DNA of 64,000 nucleotides from Candidatus Curtissbacteria bacterium RIFCSPLOWO2_02_41_11. GTDB taxonomy: Bacteria; Patescibacteriota; Microgenomatia; Curtissbacterales; GWA2-41-24. Shown here one piece after another: positions 56,315-64,000 of the stretch. Each line of letters begins with the position of its first letter. Positions within the stretch are counted from its first letter, which is position 1. A model generated the notes under the pieces. That model saw nothing but the letters and a program-made list of their open reading frames with translations, was not told the DNA's origin and ran no database searches. The position numbers were made by a program, and so were the translations under genes. Location: assembly GCA_001775055.1 (NCBI GenBank), contig MFBU01000009.1, forward strand, positions 382 to 64,381, written 5' to 3'.

Positions 56315-57508
56315 TTATTCGTGGCGAAGAGCAACAATCGGTTCAAGCCGAGACGCTCGAATAGCTGGAGCAACTCCAAAGATAATACCAACTAGTGACG
56401 AGAAACCAAAGCCTAATAAAACTGCCCATAGGGGTACGGCAGTTTGGATAAATCTGGCAAGAGCAAGTGAGCCCAAGTATCCAATTAAAATGCCGATTGC
56501 GCCGCCCGAAATTGAAAGAATAACGGCTTCTGTTAAAAACTGTCCGAGGATGTCGCCCGATCTGGCACCGACAGCTTTCCTAAGGCCAATTTCGCGAGTC
56601 CTTTCAGTTACCGAGACTAACATAATATTGGAAATGCCGACCCCACCGACGATTAGAGAAATAGCAGCAATGCCACCGAGTGCAAAAGTTAAAACCCCTA
56701 AGATTTGCAAGATTGAAGATAGCAATTGTTCTTGGGTAAGAATGGAAAAATCATCCTCGGATAAGGTACGTTTGAGAATTTTTTCAACATGAGTTTTAGC
56801 TGTTGGAATAGTTTGAGCTGATGTGGTTCTCACTAAAATCGAGTTGACCTGATCGCTGCCTGTTAGGGCGCGCGCCGAATTTAAGGGGATAATGGCTTGG
56901 TTATCGACGTCGACTCCGCCAACGTTGCCTTGAGGTTCTAAAACACCAATGACAGTAAAGGATTTTTTGGAAAGCGAGATTGTTTGGCCTATCGGATCCT
57001 GTGCTGAATAGAGGTCGCTGGCTAATGTTTTACCAATGACTGCGACTTTTCTGGAGGTTTGATTATCCTTTTCGCTAAAAGGTCTGCCGCTTTCGGTTTT
57101 GATGTCAAAGATTGAAAAATAAGTGCTCCTGGTACCTGCCAACGTTGTCACTTTACTTTTATTTCGGTAAGTGGCTGTGATGTTTATTTCAATAAAAGGT
57201 GCAATGTCAATAATGGCTTCACTTTTTTCTTTTTCGAGTTTTTCGGCCAGCTTGAAGGTGATTTTGTTGACTGCTCGTGGAGGTCCTCCCTGGGGTCCAA
57301 ATTGGACCTTGCCCGGTAAAATAAAAATGGTGTTGGTGCCCAGTTTTTCAAATTGAGCCGAAATGTAGCTTTGGAGTCCCGAGCCAATCGATATCAAAAG
57401 AATAATTGCCGCCACACCAATAATTATTCCAAGAGAAGTCAAAAATGATCTGAGTTTATTTATTCTTAGTGCTTCTTGAGCGCTGTTAATTGTTTCAAGA
57501 ATTTCCAT
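56315..57508 (-). CDS. ABC transporter permease, FtsX/MacB family
   Basis: N-terminal transmembrane segment, large periplasmic domain, three C-terminal transmembrane helices ending in a VALRHE-like motif. Confidence 0.85.
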   Translation of the reverse strand: MEILETINSAQEALRINKLRSFLTSLGIIIGVAAIILLISIGSGLQSYISAQFEKLGTNTIFILPGKVQFGPQGGPPRAVNKITFKLAEKLEKEKSEAIIDIAPFIEINITATYRNKSKVTTLAGTRSTYFSIFDIKTESGRPFSEKDNQTSRKVAVIGKTLASDLYSAQDPIGQTISLSKKSFTVIGVLEPQGNVGGVDVDNQAIIPLNSARALTGSDQVNSILVRTTSAQTIPTAKTHVEKILKRTLSEDDFSILTQEQLLSSILQILGVLTFALGGIAAISLIVGGVGISNIMLVSVTERTREIGLRKAVGARSGDILGQFLTEAVILSISGGAIGILIGYLGSLALARFIQTAVPLWAVLLGFGFSSLVGIIFGVAPAIRASRLEPIVALRHE

Positions 57509-57519
57509 ATTTGACCTCT

Positions 57520-58224
57520 TTATGCTCTGATTCTTGTCGATCTGTTCTTTTTATCACTTACGATTTGGCCATCGCGAATGGTGATAATTCGCGAGGCATT
57601 TTTGGCAATATCAGCTTCGTGAGTAATCATGATGATGGTTCGGCCCTCTCGATTGAATTTTTTAAAAATTGCCATGATTTCAGCTGATGATTTAGTGTCT
57701 AGGTTGCCGGTCGGTTCATCGGCAAAGATGACCAGAGGATTGTTAATCAGGGCTCGGGCAATGGCCACTCTTTGTTGTTGACCGCCGGAAAGTTGGGCGG
57801 GGGTAGACTCAAGTTTATCAGAAAGACCCACTTCTTTGAGGGCTTGGATTGTTCTCTTTAGTCTTTCCTGTTTTCCGACTCCAGCATAAACAAGCGGTAG
57901 TTGAACATTTTTAATAGATGTTGTTCTGGGCAAGAGATTGAAGAATTGGAAGACAAAACCGATCTTTTGGCTTCTAATTTTGGCAAATTCGTTATCTGAT
58001 AGTTTTGAGGCGAGTTTGCCGTCAAACAAATACTCACCCGAGGTTGGTTTATCAAGGCAGCCTAAAATATGCATCAGCGTTGATTTACCTGATCCTGAAG
58101 GACCGATAATAGCCACAAACTCCCCCTTTTTGACCTCAAGTGAAACTTTATTTAAGGCAACTGTTTCATTGGGGGATTCCCCATATATTTTTATTAAATT
58201 TTTGGCAGAAATTATGCCACTCAT
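57520..58224 (-). CDS. ABC transporter ATP-binding protein (MacB/LolD-type)
   Basis: Walker A GPSGSGKST, signature LSGGQQQRVAIARAL, Walker B IIFADEPT. Confidence 0.9.
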   Translation of the reverse strand: MSGIISAKNLIKIYGESPNETVALNKVSLEVKKGEFVAIIGPSGSGKSTLMHILGCLDKPTSGEYLFDGKLASKLSDNEFAKIRSQKIGFVFQFFNLLPRTTSIKNVQLPLVYAGVGKQERLKRTIQALKEVGLSDKLESTPAQLSGGQQQRVAIARALINNPLVIFADEPTGNLDTKSSAEIMAIFKKFNREGRTIIMITHEADIAKNASRIITIRDGQIVSDKKNRSTRIRA

Positions 58225-59327
58225 TTAAAGAAGCTTAGAATTTTTTGGACTAAGTTTTTCTTGTCAATTTGATCAAAACCGGAAATGGCAAGTTGATCAC
58301 CTTTATTAAGTCCTGAAGTGATTTGAACTTCCAGTTCCGACTCAAGGCCTTTCTGGATCTCTCTTTTTTGAAAAGTATCATTGGTTTTAAGCCAAACGTA
58401 TTTATCATTGACTAGGGCGTCAAGGGGGATCGTCAGGGATTGTGGGACCTCTTGGATAATAATTTCGGCTTCGCCGTTCATGCCCAGACGTAAGTTTTCA
58501 GGCGGATCAAGGTTGATTTTAACTTCAAAGGCAGTTGCACCGGTTGAAGTGGTGATAGTTTTGGGACCGATAAAGTCGACTTGGGTTTCAATTGGCTGAT
58601 TGTCAAAAGCATCCAAAGTAATATAGGCTTTTTGGCCGACTTTGACTTGGCCGATTTCAGACTCGTCAACTTCGGCTACGAATTGCAGTTTACCAAAATC
58701 GGCAACTGTCGCAATGGTGTCGGTTGGGAAAACAAAATTACCGGCAAAAAACTCTCCCTTGTTGATAATGTATCCATTGATCGGCGAAGTTAGTCTTGAA
58801 AACTGAATTGCCAAATCTCGTATTTCAACATCAATAACAGAGTTATCCAAATCAGCCTGAGACCTTTGAGCAATTCTTTTTAAAGTGTCAGTGATGACTT
58901 TATCTTTTTGCGAATCTTTAACATCCTCAAAATCAAGGCGAGTTTTAAAATAAGTATTCAGATCTCTCCTTAATCTTTTTTCAAGCTCTTGGGAATCTAG
59001 TGAAGCGATTGTTTGACCCCTTCTGACATAATTCCCTTCTTTAGCGCTAATCCAGGCTAGTTTGCCGGAAGTTAAAAAACGCAAAGTACTTTCATTTTCG
59101 GAAGCTATTTTACCCGAGGCCGTTACCTGAGTTTCCAAAGTTTTTTCGGTAACTTGGGTAGTTTTGATTTTGCTGGTCTCTGCCCCACCGCGGGTGGCAA
59201 AAAAGATGATAAGAACAACGGCAACGACTGCCACGATTGTCCTTCGTGATTTGGCAAATTTGGTTAGCTTTTTAAAGATGTTATTGTTCGAGCCTCGTCG
59301 AGAACTTTTTATGCTTGGAATTTTCAT
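58221..59327 (-). CDS. periplasmic adaptor (HlyD/MacA membrane-fusion protein family)
   Basis: N-terminal transmembrane segment, coiled coil, biotinyl-lipoyl-like and beta-barrel segments. 4-nt overlap with the ATPase gene. Confidence 0.75.
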   Translation of the reverse strand: MKIPSIKSSRRGSNNNIFKKLTKFAKSRRTIVAVVAVVLIIFFATRGGAETSKIKTTQVTEKTLETQVTASGKIASENESTLRFLTSGKLAWISAKEGNYVRRGQTIASLDSQELEKRLRRDLNTYFKTRLDFEDVKDSQKDKVITDTLKRIAQRSQADLDNSVIDVEIRDLAIQFSRLTSPINGYIINKGEFFAGNFVFPTDTIATVADFGKLQFVAEVDESEIGQVKVGQKAYITLDAFDNQPIETQVDFIGPKTITTSTGATAFEVKINLDPPENLRLGMNGEAEIIIQEVPQSLTIPLDALVNDKYVWLKTNDTFQKREIQKGLESELEVQITSGLNKGDQLAISGFDQIDKKNLVQKILSFFK

Positions 59328-59390
59328 AGGCCGATATTATAGCCTAAATTATAGGTTATATCAAGTGCTGGATTTGTGGATGTGATAAAT

Positions 59391-60182
59391 TTAAACTACA
59401 AGCTCTAAGGTGTCAAAGGCGATGTGGAAGGATGGGCCGGCGTTTTGGCGCAAGTACTCTTCTAAAAATTTATGCGTGCCGGTTTTGTGGCCGATGTGCA
59501 CAAAATAAACGTTTTTGGCGCGTAAATTTTTGGCGATTTGGATGCCATCATTAATTGAAATGTGACCTTTTGTCTGTCCTATTTTGGAAAGTGATGATCC
59601 GTCAATTATTAAAACATGACAGTCACGGATAATTTTTTGGGAGGAGGGCAAAATTTTGTTGAAATCCGGAATGTACGCAAGGATAGGTCCATCCTTGACT
59701 TTAATTCCAAAAGCCGGAGTTTTGCCATGGATTACCGGGAAATACTCAACTTTTGCATGGTTGATCTCAAACGGCTGATTGGGTTTGACTACATGTGTTT
59801 TAAGGTTTTGTCCATGGATGCCAATAAATTTGCGGACATCATTTAAGACAGATTGGACAATATAGACAGGTATTGGTTTGTAAGCGTTGTAAATATGAGT
59901 TAGATCCCAGAAGCCTTCTATATGATCAAGGTGGGCATGAGAGACGAGAATTGCTTCTATTTTTGTCGGATCAACGCTCCTGTCATTCTGAGCCTTTGGC
60001 GAAGAATCTCCTGTAAGATGATGATAAGTGTCTGGACCGGCGTCAAGAAGAATTGATTCATTTATCAAAATTTGGGTTCTGGTTCGCCTGTCTTTGGGAT
60101 CGGTCGATTTGCAGATTTCGCAATTGCAGCCAAGTCGTGGCAGCGGCCATCCGGCAGAGGTTCCCAAAAACTTAATTTTCAT
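59391..60182 (-). CDS. MBL-fold metallo-hydrolase
   Basis: HAHLDHIEG (HxHxDH) motif. Confidence 0.75.
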   Translation of the reverse strand: MKIKFLGTSAGWPLPRLGCNCEICKSTDPKDRRTRTQILINESILLDAGPDTYHHLTGDSSPKAQNDRSVDPTKIEAILVSHAHLDHIEGFWDLTHIYNAYKPIPVYIVQSVLNDVRKFIGIHGQNLKTHVVKPNQPFEINHAKVEYFPVIHGKTPAFGIKVKDGPILAYIPDFNKILPSSQKIIRDCHVLIIDGSSLSKIGQTKGHISINDGIQIAKNLRAKNVYFVHIGHKTGTHKFLEEYLRQNAGPSFHIAFDTLELVV

Positions 60183-60212
60183 TGTGTCTGGTTCTTGTGG
60201 GTGGTTTGAGAT

Positions 60213-60449
60213 TTAAAAAATACTTCTAATTTGTTTTCTCAGCTCCGTAATAAGCTTATGTGTTTGATGCCAATGTTTTAAAGCCTGATCCTTTCTTTCA
60301 TTTGTACCGGGTTGAACTTGTGTTTTCCATCCTTCGACTTCACTAATGTTTTGGTCAATTTGATCCAGTGTTCCGTCAAAAGTGTCCTCGATTCGCACTA
60401 GGATTTCTTGAGAAGTTGGTGATTGATCAGTTTTATGCTCAGGACTCAT
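60213..60449 (-). CDS. hypothetical small protein
   Basis: Start trimmed to internal Met (MSPEHKT) to avoid overlap with tRNA-Leu. Confidence 0.35.
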   Translation of the reverse strand: MSPEHKTDQSPTSQEILVRIEDTFDGTLDQIDQNISEVEGWKTQVQPGTNERKDQALKHWHQTHKLITELRKQIRSIF

Positions 60450-60470
60450 AAGTTTGATTTTGATAAAAAG

Positions 60471-60552
60471 TGCCGAGGACAGGAGTCGAACCTGCACACC
60501 TTGCGGTACACGGTCCTAAACCGTGCGCGTCTGCCAGTTCCGCCACCTCGGC
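60471..60552 (-). tRNA. tRNA-Leu (anticodon TAG)
   Basis: Hand-folded class II tRNA: acceptor GCCGAGG/CCTCGGC, anticodon arm CACGG-TTTAGGA-CCGTG, long variable arm, T-loop TTCGACT. Confidence 0.88.
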
Positions 60553-60580
60553 GTAAGAAGAATTCTACCAAATTTTGGAC

Positions 60581-61390
60581 TTATGGGCGAGTTCTGTCGA
60601 TTGCTGCTTGATGGGCTTGCCATTCGATTGAATCATCAAGTGGCTCAAGTTTTACCTTGCCGTAACGTCGCTCTAAAGCCTTTGAGATTAAGAAGTCTGC
60701 AAAATGGGGATTTTTGGGCAGAAGTGAACCATGTAAATAACAGCCGAAGGCATTTTTATAGATTGCTCCTTCTGTTTGGTCTTCCCCATTATTGCCTGTA
60801 CCGATAATTACTTTGCCAAGCGGCTGGACTGCTTGGTCTAGATAAGTTTTGCCGCTATGATTTTCAAATCCTATTAAGTTAGTTGTCAATTGTCCGTTGT
60901 CAATTGTTGGATAGATTTCCTTAATTTCCTTTACTAAATTTTCTTCCAAGTCTATCCACAGGTTTTGGATCATGCGATCATGTGAGCCGATGGTATAAGC
61001 ATTAAATAGACCAATGCCTTTGATGATTTTCCCATCAAGAGTTTTAAAGTACTTTTGAAGTAGTTGATAGCCGCCACAAATTGATAAAAGGACACAACCA
61101 TTCTCAATAGCTTTTTTAAGATAATTAGCCTTAGATTGCAGATCACGGCCGACAATTATTTGCTGTCTGTCTTGACCTCCGCCGAAGAAATAAAAGTCCC
61201 AGCCGAGGGCTGGTCCGCCTTTGGCGGAAAAATCAGATAGCGAATCCCCTACACTGATATTGGTAATTTTTACATTTATCCCCCGCCATTGGCATCTCTT
61301 AACAAGATCGATGATATTACCTTTGTCTCCATAAGTGTCCATTAAATCAGGGTACAAATGACAGATATTTAGGCTTATTGGTTTTGCCAT
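60581..61390 (-). CDS. gatD: lipid II isoglutaminyl synthase glutaminase subunit GatD (CobQ-type GATase)
   Basis: ...ICGGYQLL... catalytic Cys context and ...GCYLHGSLLPKNP His. Overlaps murT. Confidence 0.75.
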   Translation of the reverse strand: MAKPISLNICHLYPDLMDTYGDKGNIIDLVKRCQWRGINVKITNISVGDSLSDFSAKGGPALGWDFYFFGGGQDRQQIIVGRDLQSKANYLKKAIENGCVLLSICGGYQLLQKYFKTLDGKIIKGIGLFNAYTIGSHDRMIQNLWIDLEENLVKEIKEIYPTIDNGQLTTNLIGFENHSGKTYLDQAVQPLGKVIIGTGNNGEDQTEGAIYKNAFGCYLHGSLLPKNPHFADFLISKALERRYGKVKLEPLDDSIEWQAHQAAIDRTRP

Positions 61391-62787
61391 TGAGTTTTGC
61401 CCCCCATTTTATTTAAGGATTTTTGGACTTCAAGCATGGCGGTATAGGTTGGCAAAACTAATAGAGTATCTTTCTTATTCATATTTTTAAGGGCTTGCTT
61501 TATTGAGTAATATATTTTCCTGTATATATTATTTTTACTCAATTTATAACCTGCGTACTTTAGTCTTGTAGCTAAGTCCCAAGCGCGCGTGCCGGCAATC
61601 TGAACCTTTTTAGTTTTTGAAGTTAATAACTCCCAATCGGTATCCCAAATCCAGGAAACGTCACGACCATCGGCAATATTGTCGTTTAAGATCAGCAGAA
61701 GATTTAATTTGTCTTTTTGCCCAAGAATTCTAATTACCTCGTTAGCGCCAGCCGGGTTTTTAATTAGAAAAATTATGATATTTTTGTTGTTGATTTTAAT
61801 CTTTTGAAATCTGCCAAAGGCAGATGTGTATTTTTCTATAGCATCTTTTGATATTTTGTGATCTATTTTGAAAATATTGGCAATGCAAAGTGCAGCCAGA
61901 ACGTTGTATACATTGTAAAGACCGGGCAAATTATAGTGAATACGAGAGCGTATTTTCGAGGAATCGAAAAGAGTAAATGGTGAATAGTCAATAGTGAGAT
62001 TAGCAGTAGTTGAGAAGTTGGGATTGAATATTAGATTTGAGGCTGTGATATTTGGATTTGGACGCTTGAAAGTGCAATTTGGGCAGGTGTAATGCCCCAT
62101 ATGGGCAGAAAGCAAAGCCGTATATTTCAGGCTTGATTGACAATTCAGACAATGTTTGATATCGGCGACGTTGGCAATTTTGGGTAGATCTATTTGCTTG
62201 TCATAGATCCCAAAATAGATAACTTTACCTCTAAAAGATTTTGTCAAAAAGCTAATGCCTGGATCGTCGGCATTGAGAATAAGAGTAGAGCTTTTCGGTA
62301 GTCTCGAGAGGCTCTTTTGCCATTTGGTTCTAATACTGTCAACTTCCCCGTATCTATCCAGTTGATCACGAAAGAGATTAAGAAGAACAATAATTTTAGG
62401 CGCTGTATTTTCAATTGCTTCAGGAAGAGTTGCTTCATCAACTTCCCAAATCGCCAGATTACTCTTAAGTTTACCTATAAGGCTGGACTTAGAAGTAAGT
62501 GTTGAGGCAATTCCTCTCAGCAGATTTGATCCTGCCCGATTATGGATAATGTTGTATTTTTTAGAAAGTATCGTCGAAATAAGTCTGGCAGTGGTCGTTT
62601 TACCGTTGGTACCCGAAATAATTATGGAACCTGATTGAATTTGTTTTGAGAGTTTTTTAACCAGTTGCGGGTCAACTTTAAGGGCAAAAAGACCAGGAGC
62701 TGTAGTTGCACCGGTTTTGCCAAATATTCTGATAATAAGGGCAATGAGCTTTCCAGCGAAAATAGCCAGTAATAATTTTAAGTCCAT
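61375..62787 (-). CDS. murT: lipid II isoglutaminyl synthase ligase subunit MurT (Mur ligase family)
   Basis: ISGTNGKTTT P-loop, Cys4 ribbon CLNCQ...CPNC, DUF1727-like C-terminus. Confidence 0.8.
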   Translation of the reverse strand: MDLKLLLAIFAGKLIALIIRIFGKTGATTAPGLFALKVDPQLVKKLSKQIQSGSIIISGTNGKTTTARLISTILSKKYNIIHNRAGSNLLRGIASTLTSKSSLIGKLKSNLAIWEVDEATLPEAIENTAPKIIVLLNLFRDQLDRYGEVDSIRTKWQKSLSRLPKSSTLILNADDPGISFLTKSFRGKVIYFGIYDKQIDLPKIANVADIKHCLNCQSSLKYTALLSAHMGHYTCPNCTFKRPNPNITASNLIFNPNFSTTANLTIDYSPFTLFDSSKIRSRIHYNLPGLYNVYNVLAALCIANIFKIDHKISKDAIEKYTSAFGRFQKIKINNKNIIIFLIKNPAGANEVIRILGQKDKLNLLLILNDNIADGRDVSWIWDTDWELLTSKTKKVQIAGTRAWDLATRLKYAGYKLSKNNIYRKIYYSIKQALKNMNKKDTLLVLPTYTAMLEVQKSLNKMGGKTQWQNQ

Positions 62788-62849
62788 TAGCTAGCTGATT
62801 CTACTCTTTTGGCAAGGTTTGCAGCAAGATTTATTGGGGATAGGAAAAA

Positions 62850-63416
62850 TTAAAGTTGTTCTAACTTCGAAAATAAGAAATTAATGTCTTGTGCCCACTT
62901 GCCTCCATTTTCAATCTGAGGCGGGGCGTAGACGGGCATGATTTCCTCGGGCGTTGTTAAGCCTTTAGCTATGTATTTTTCTTTAAGGGTTTTGGCGACT
63001 GTTTCGATGGCGCTTTCCCAGGAGTCAAACACAGTACGGCCGTTTTCAAAACCCCAGGCATTGTGGGTTACTTCTTTGATGGCATTGCCTCCTCCGGACT
63101 CTCTCATGGCTATTGCCGGAATTAGACGATAATCGATTCCGTATTTGTCGGAAGTTTCGACCATTAACTGGGCATAAGGTTCAAGCTTGGTGTTTTTAAG
63201 GAAATTGGCAACATAATATGGGCGCAGATCATGAATTTGAGTGCCTAAAACTTGTCCGTCAATATGGTTTTGAGAATTTAGTTCAATACCTATTTGTGAG
63301 GCGTCTGCATTTAATTTACCTGTGATGCTATTTTTTTGGAGTATTAAAAATCCCGATAGCAAAAGAACCAAGGGAGTAACAAGAAGCCAAAATAAAATTA
63401 GCCCGAGTTTAAACAT
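62850..63416 (-). CDS. membrane-anchored peptidoglycan hydrolase-like protein (glucosaminidase/lysozyme-like fold)
   Basis: N-terminal transmembrane segment; IAMRESGGGN...AWGF resembles muramidase/glucosaminidase catalytic-Glu regions. Weak assignment. Confidence 0.4.
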   Translation of the reverse strand: MFKLGLILFWLLVTPLVLLLSGFLILQKNSITGKLNADASQIGIELNSQNHIDGQVLGTQIHDLRPYYVANFLKNTKLEPYAQLMVETSDKYGIDYRLIPAIAMRESGGGNAIKEVTHNAWGFENGRTVFDSWESAIETVAKTLKEKYIAKGLTTPEEIMPVYAPPQIENGGKWAQDINFLFSKLEQL

Positions 63417-63514
63417 GAGGCCTTACTCTTTTAATATCGCATGTGGAAACGTAAGTGTCAATTGGTATGGACGGTAGTTATGAAGTTGATTTTATGCTAA
63501 AATTAGCCTCAGGC

Positions 63515-63598
63515 GCCGAAGTGGCGGAACCGGTAGACGCGCAGCGTTCAGAGCGCTGTGAGCATTAGCTCGTGGAGGTTCAAATCCTCTCTTCGGCA
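63515..63598 (+). tRNA. tRNA-Leu (anticodon CAG)
   Basis: Hand-folded: acceptor GCCGAAG/CTTCGGC, anticodon arm CAGCG-TTCAGAG-CGCTG, long variable arm, T-arm GGAGG-TTCAAAT-CCTCT. Confidence 0.88.
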
Positions 63599-63602
63599 CA
63601 GC

Positions 63603-63685
63603 GCGGACGTGGCGGAATTTGGTATACGCGTACGCTTGAGGTGCGTATCCCGCAAGGGTTGGAGGTTCGAGTCCTCTCGTCCGCA
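63603..63685 (+). tRNA. tRNA-Leu (anticodon GAG)
   Basis: Hand-folded: acceptor GCGGACG/CGTCCGC, anticodon arm TACGC-TTGAGGT-GCGTA, long variable arm, T-loop TTCGAGT. Confidence 0.88.
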
Positions 63686-63699
63686 CAACTGTTGACTTC

Positions 63700-64000
63700 T
63701 TTGCCGCAATGTCGGTGATTAGATTGAATGGAAGGGCTAATCGTTGGTTTGAAAACTCCCTGCCATCAAAACTAACTCCGTCCGGGAAAATTAGCCTCTG
63801 ATATTTTAGACGGGCATCAGAAAGACTGTCGTACCAGACTAAATCAGCGGTTCTAATAAAAGCATAAGCATAACTAAGAAGTGAATCTATACTCACTTCT
63901 TCTGCGTGCATATCCGTTAAAGAGAACTTAGACAGAGTTATTTTTTGTTCAAGATCTTTTAACTGCTTTTCGAGTAGATCGTCCGGAATAACTCCTTTTT
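63700..64000 (-). CDS. possible 3' part of a gene continuing beyond the window end
   Basis: Minus-strand frame is open to the window edge; the track's downstream continuation (to 63492) runs through both tRNA-Leu genes and is not credible. Confidence 0.25.

Noticed and set aside
53838-60000. Integrated phage or integrative element next to tRNA-Val
   Set aside because: No integrase gene and no direct repeat of the tRNA 3' end were seen. The neighbouring genes form a transporter operon.
60423-60807. Plus-strand ORFs 60423..60611 and 60523..60807
   Set aside because: They overlap tRNA-Leu(TAG) and are antisense to gatD; treated as spurious.
63492-63911. 139-aa minus-strand ORF spanning both tRNA-Leu genes
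   Set aside because: Most of it is antisense to two well-folding tRNAs. Only the part above ~63700 might belong to a real gene running off the window edge.

Overview
This is a low-GC, gene-dense bacterial window, about 90% coding, with small tightly coupled or overlapping genes. The gene content (a large type IV pilus locus with many prepilin-like genes, short PheT and ThrS, an Avd-like four-helix-bundle gene, MurT/GatD) suggests a Patescibacteria/CPR-like or similar small-genome organism; that placement is inference only.

Main gene blocks, in order:
- a three-gene ATP-grasp / CoA-binding / citrate-synthase-like cluster (SucC-like, SucD-like, citryl-CoA-lyase-like);
- ruvC, pyrH, xerC/D-like recombinase, carA-carB, gyrB-(small ORF)-gyrA, holB;
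- a 10.7-kb type IV pilus locus: pilB, pilT, pilC, five pilin/pseudopilin genes, pilD, pilM, pilN, pilO;
- trmD–KH–rpsP–rnc–ACP-like–nusB–rpmF;
- recG, tyrS, a TyrA-like dehydrogenase with an ACT domain;
- an IS200-like Y1 transposase (RAYT) flanked by REP-like palindromes;
- PBP1A, pheST, rplT–rpmI–infC–thrS, a speH-like gene;
- a 7-gene HlyD/ABC/FtsX operon with four hypotheticals next to tRNA-Val;
- murT–gatD;
- four tRNAs: Val-GAC, Leu-TAG, Leu-CAG, Leu-GAG.

The most unusual signals are non-genic:
- Tandem heptanucleotide repeats, resembling the short tandemly repeated repetitive (STRR) sequences of heterocystous cyanobacteria, occur throughout. Some sit in-frame inside carB and in pilin leader regions, and an 8-copy tract abuts the xerC start codon.
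- A ~95-nt dyad-symmetric intercistronic element is present at least four times and shares sequence with the REPs flanking the RAYT.
- A fragment of the infC 3' end is duplicated downstream of the Avd-like gene.

No CRISPR array, rRNA, reverse transcriptase or integrase was seen.

One display line (labelled 41101) appears to carry only 50 nt, so hand-derived coordinates near 40.9–41.2 kb may be off by about 10 nt. ORF-track coordinates were trusted throughout.
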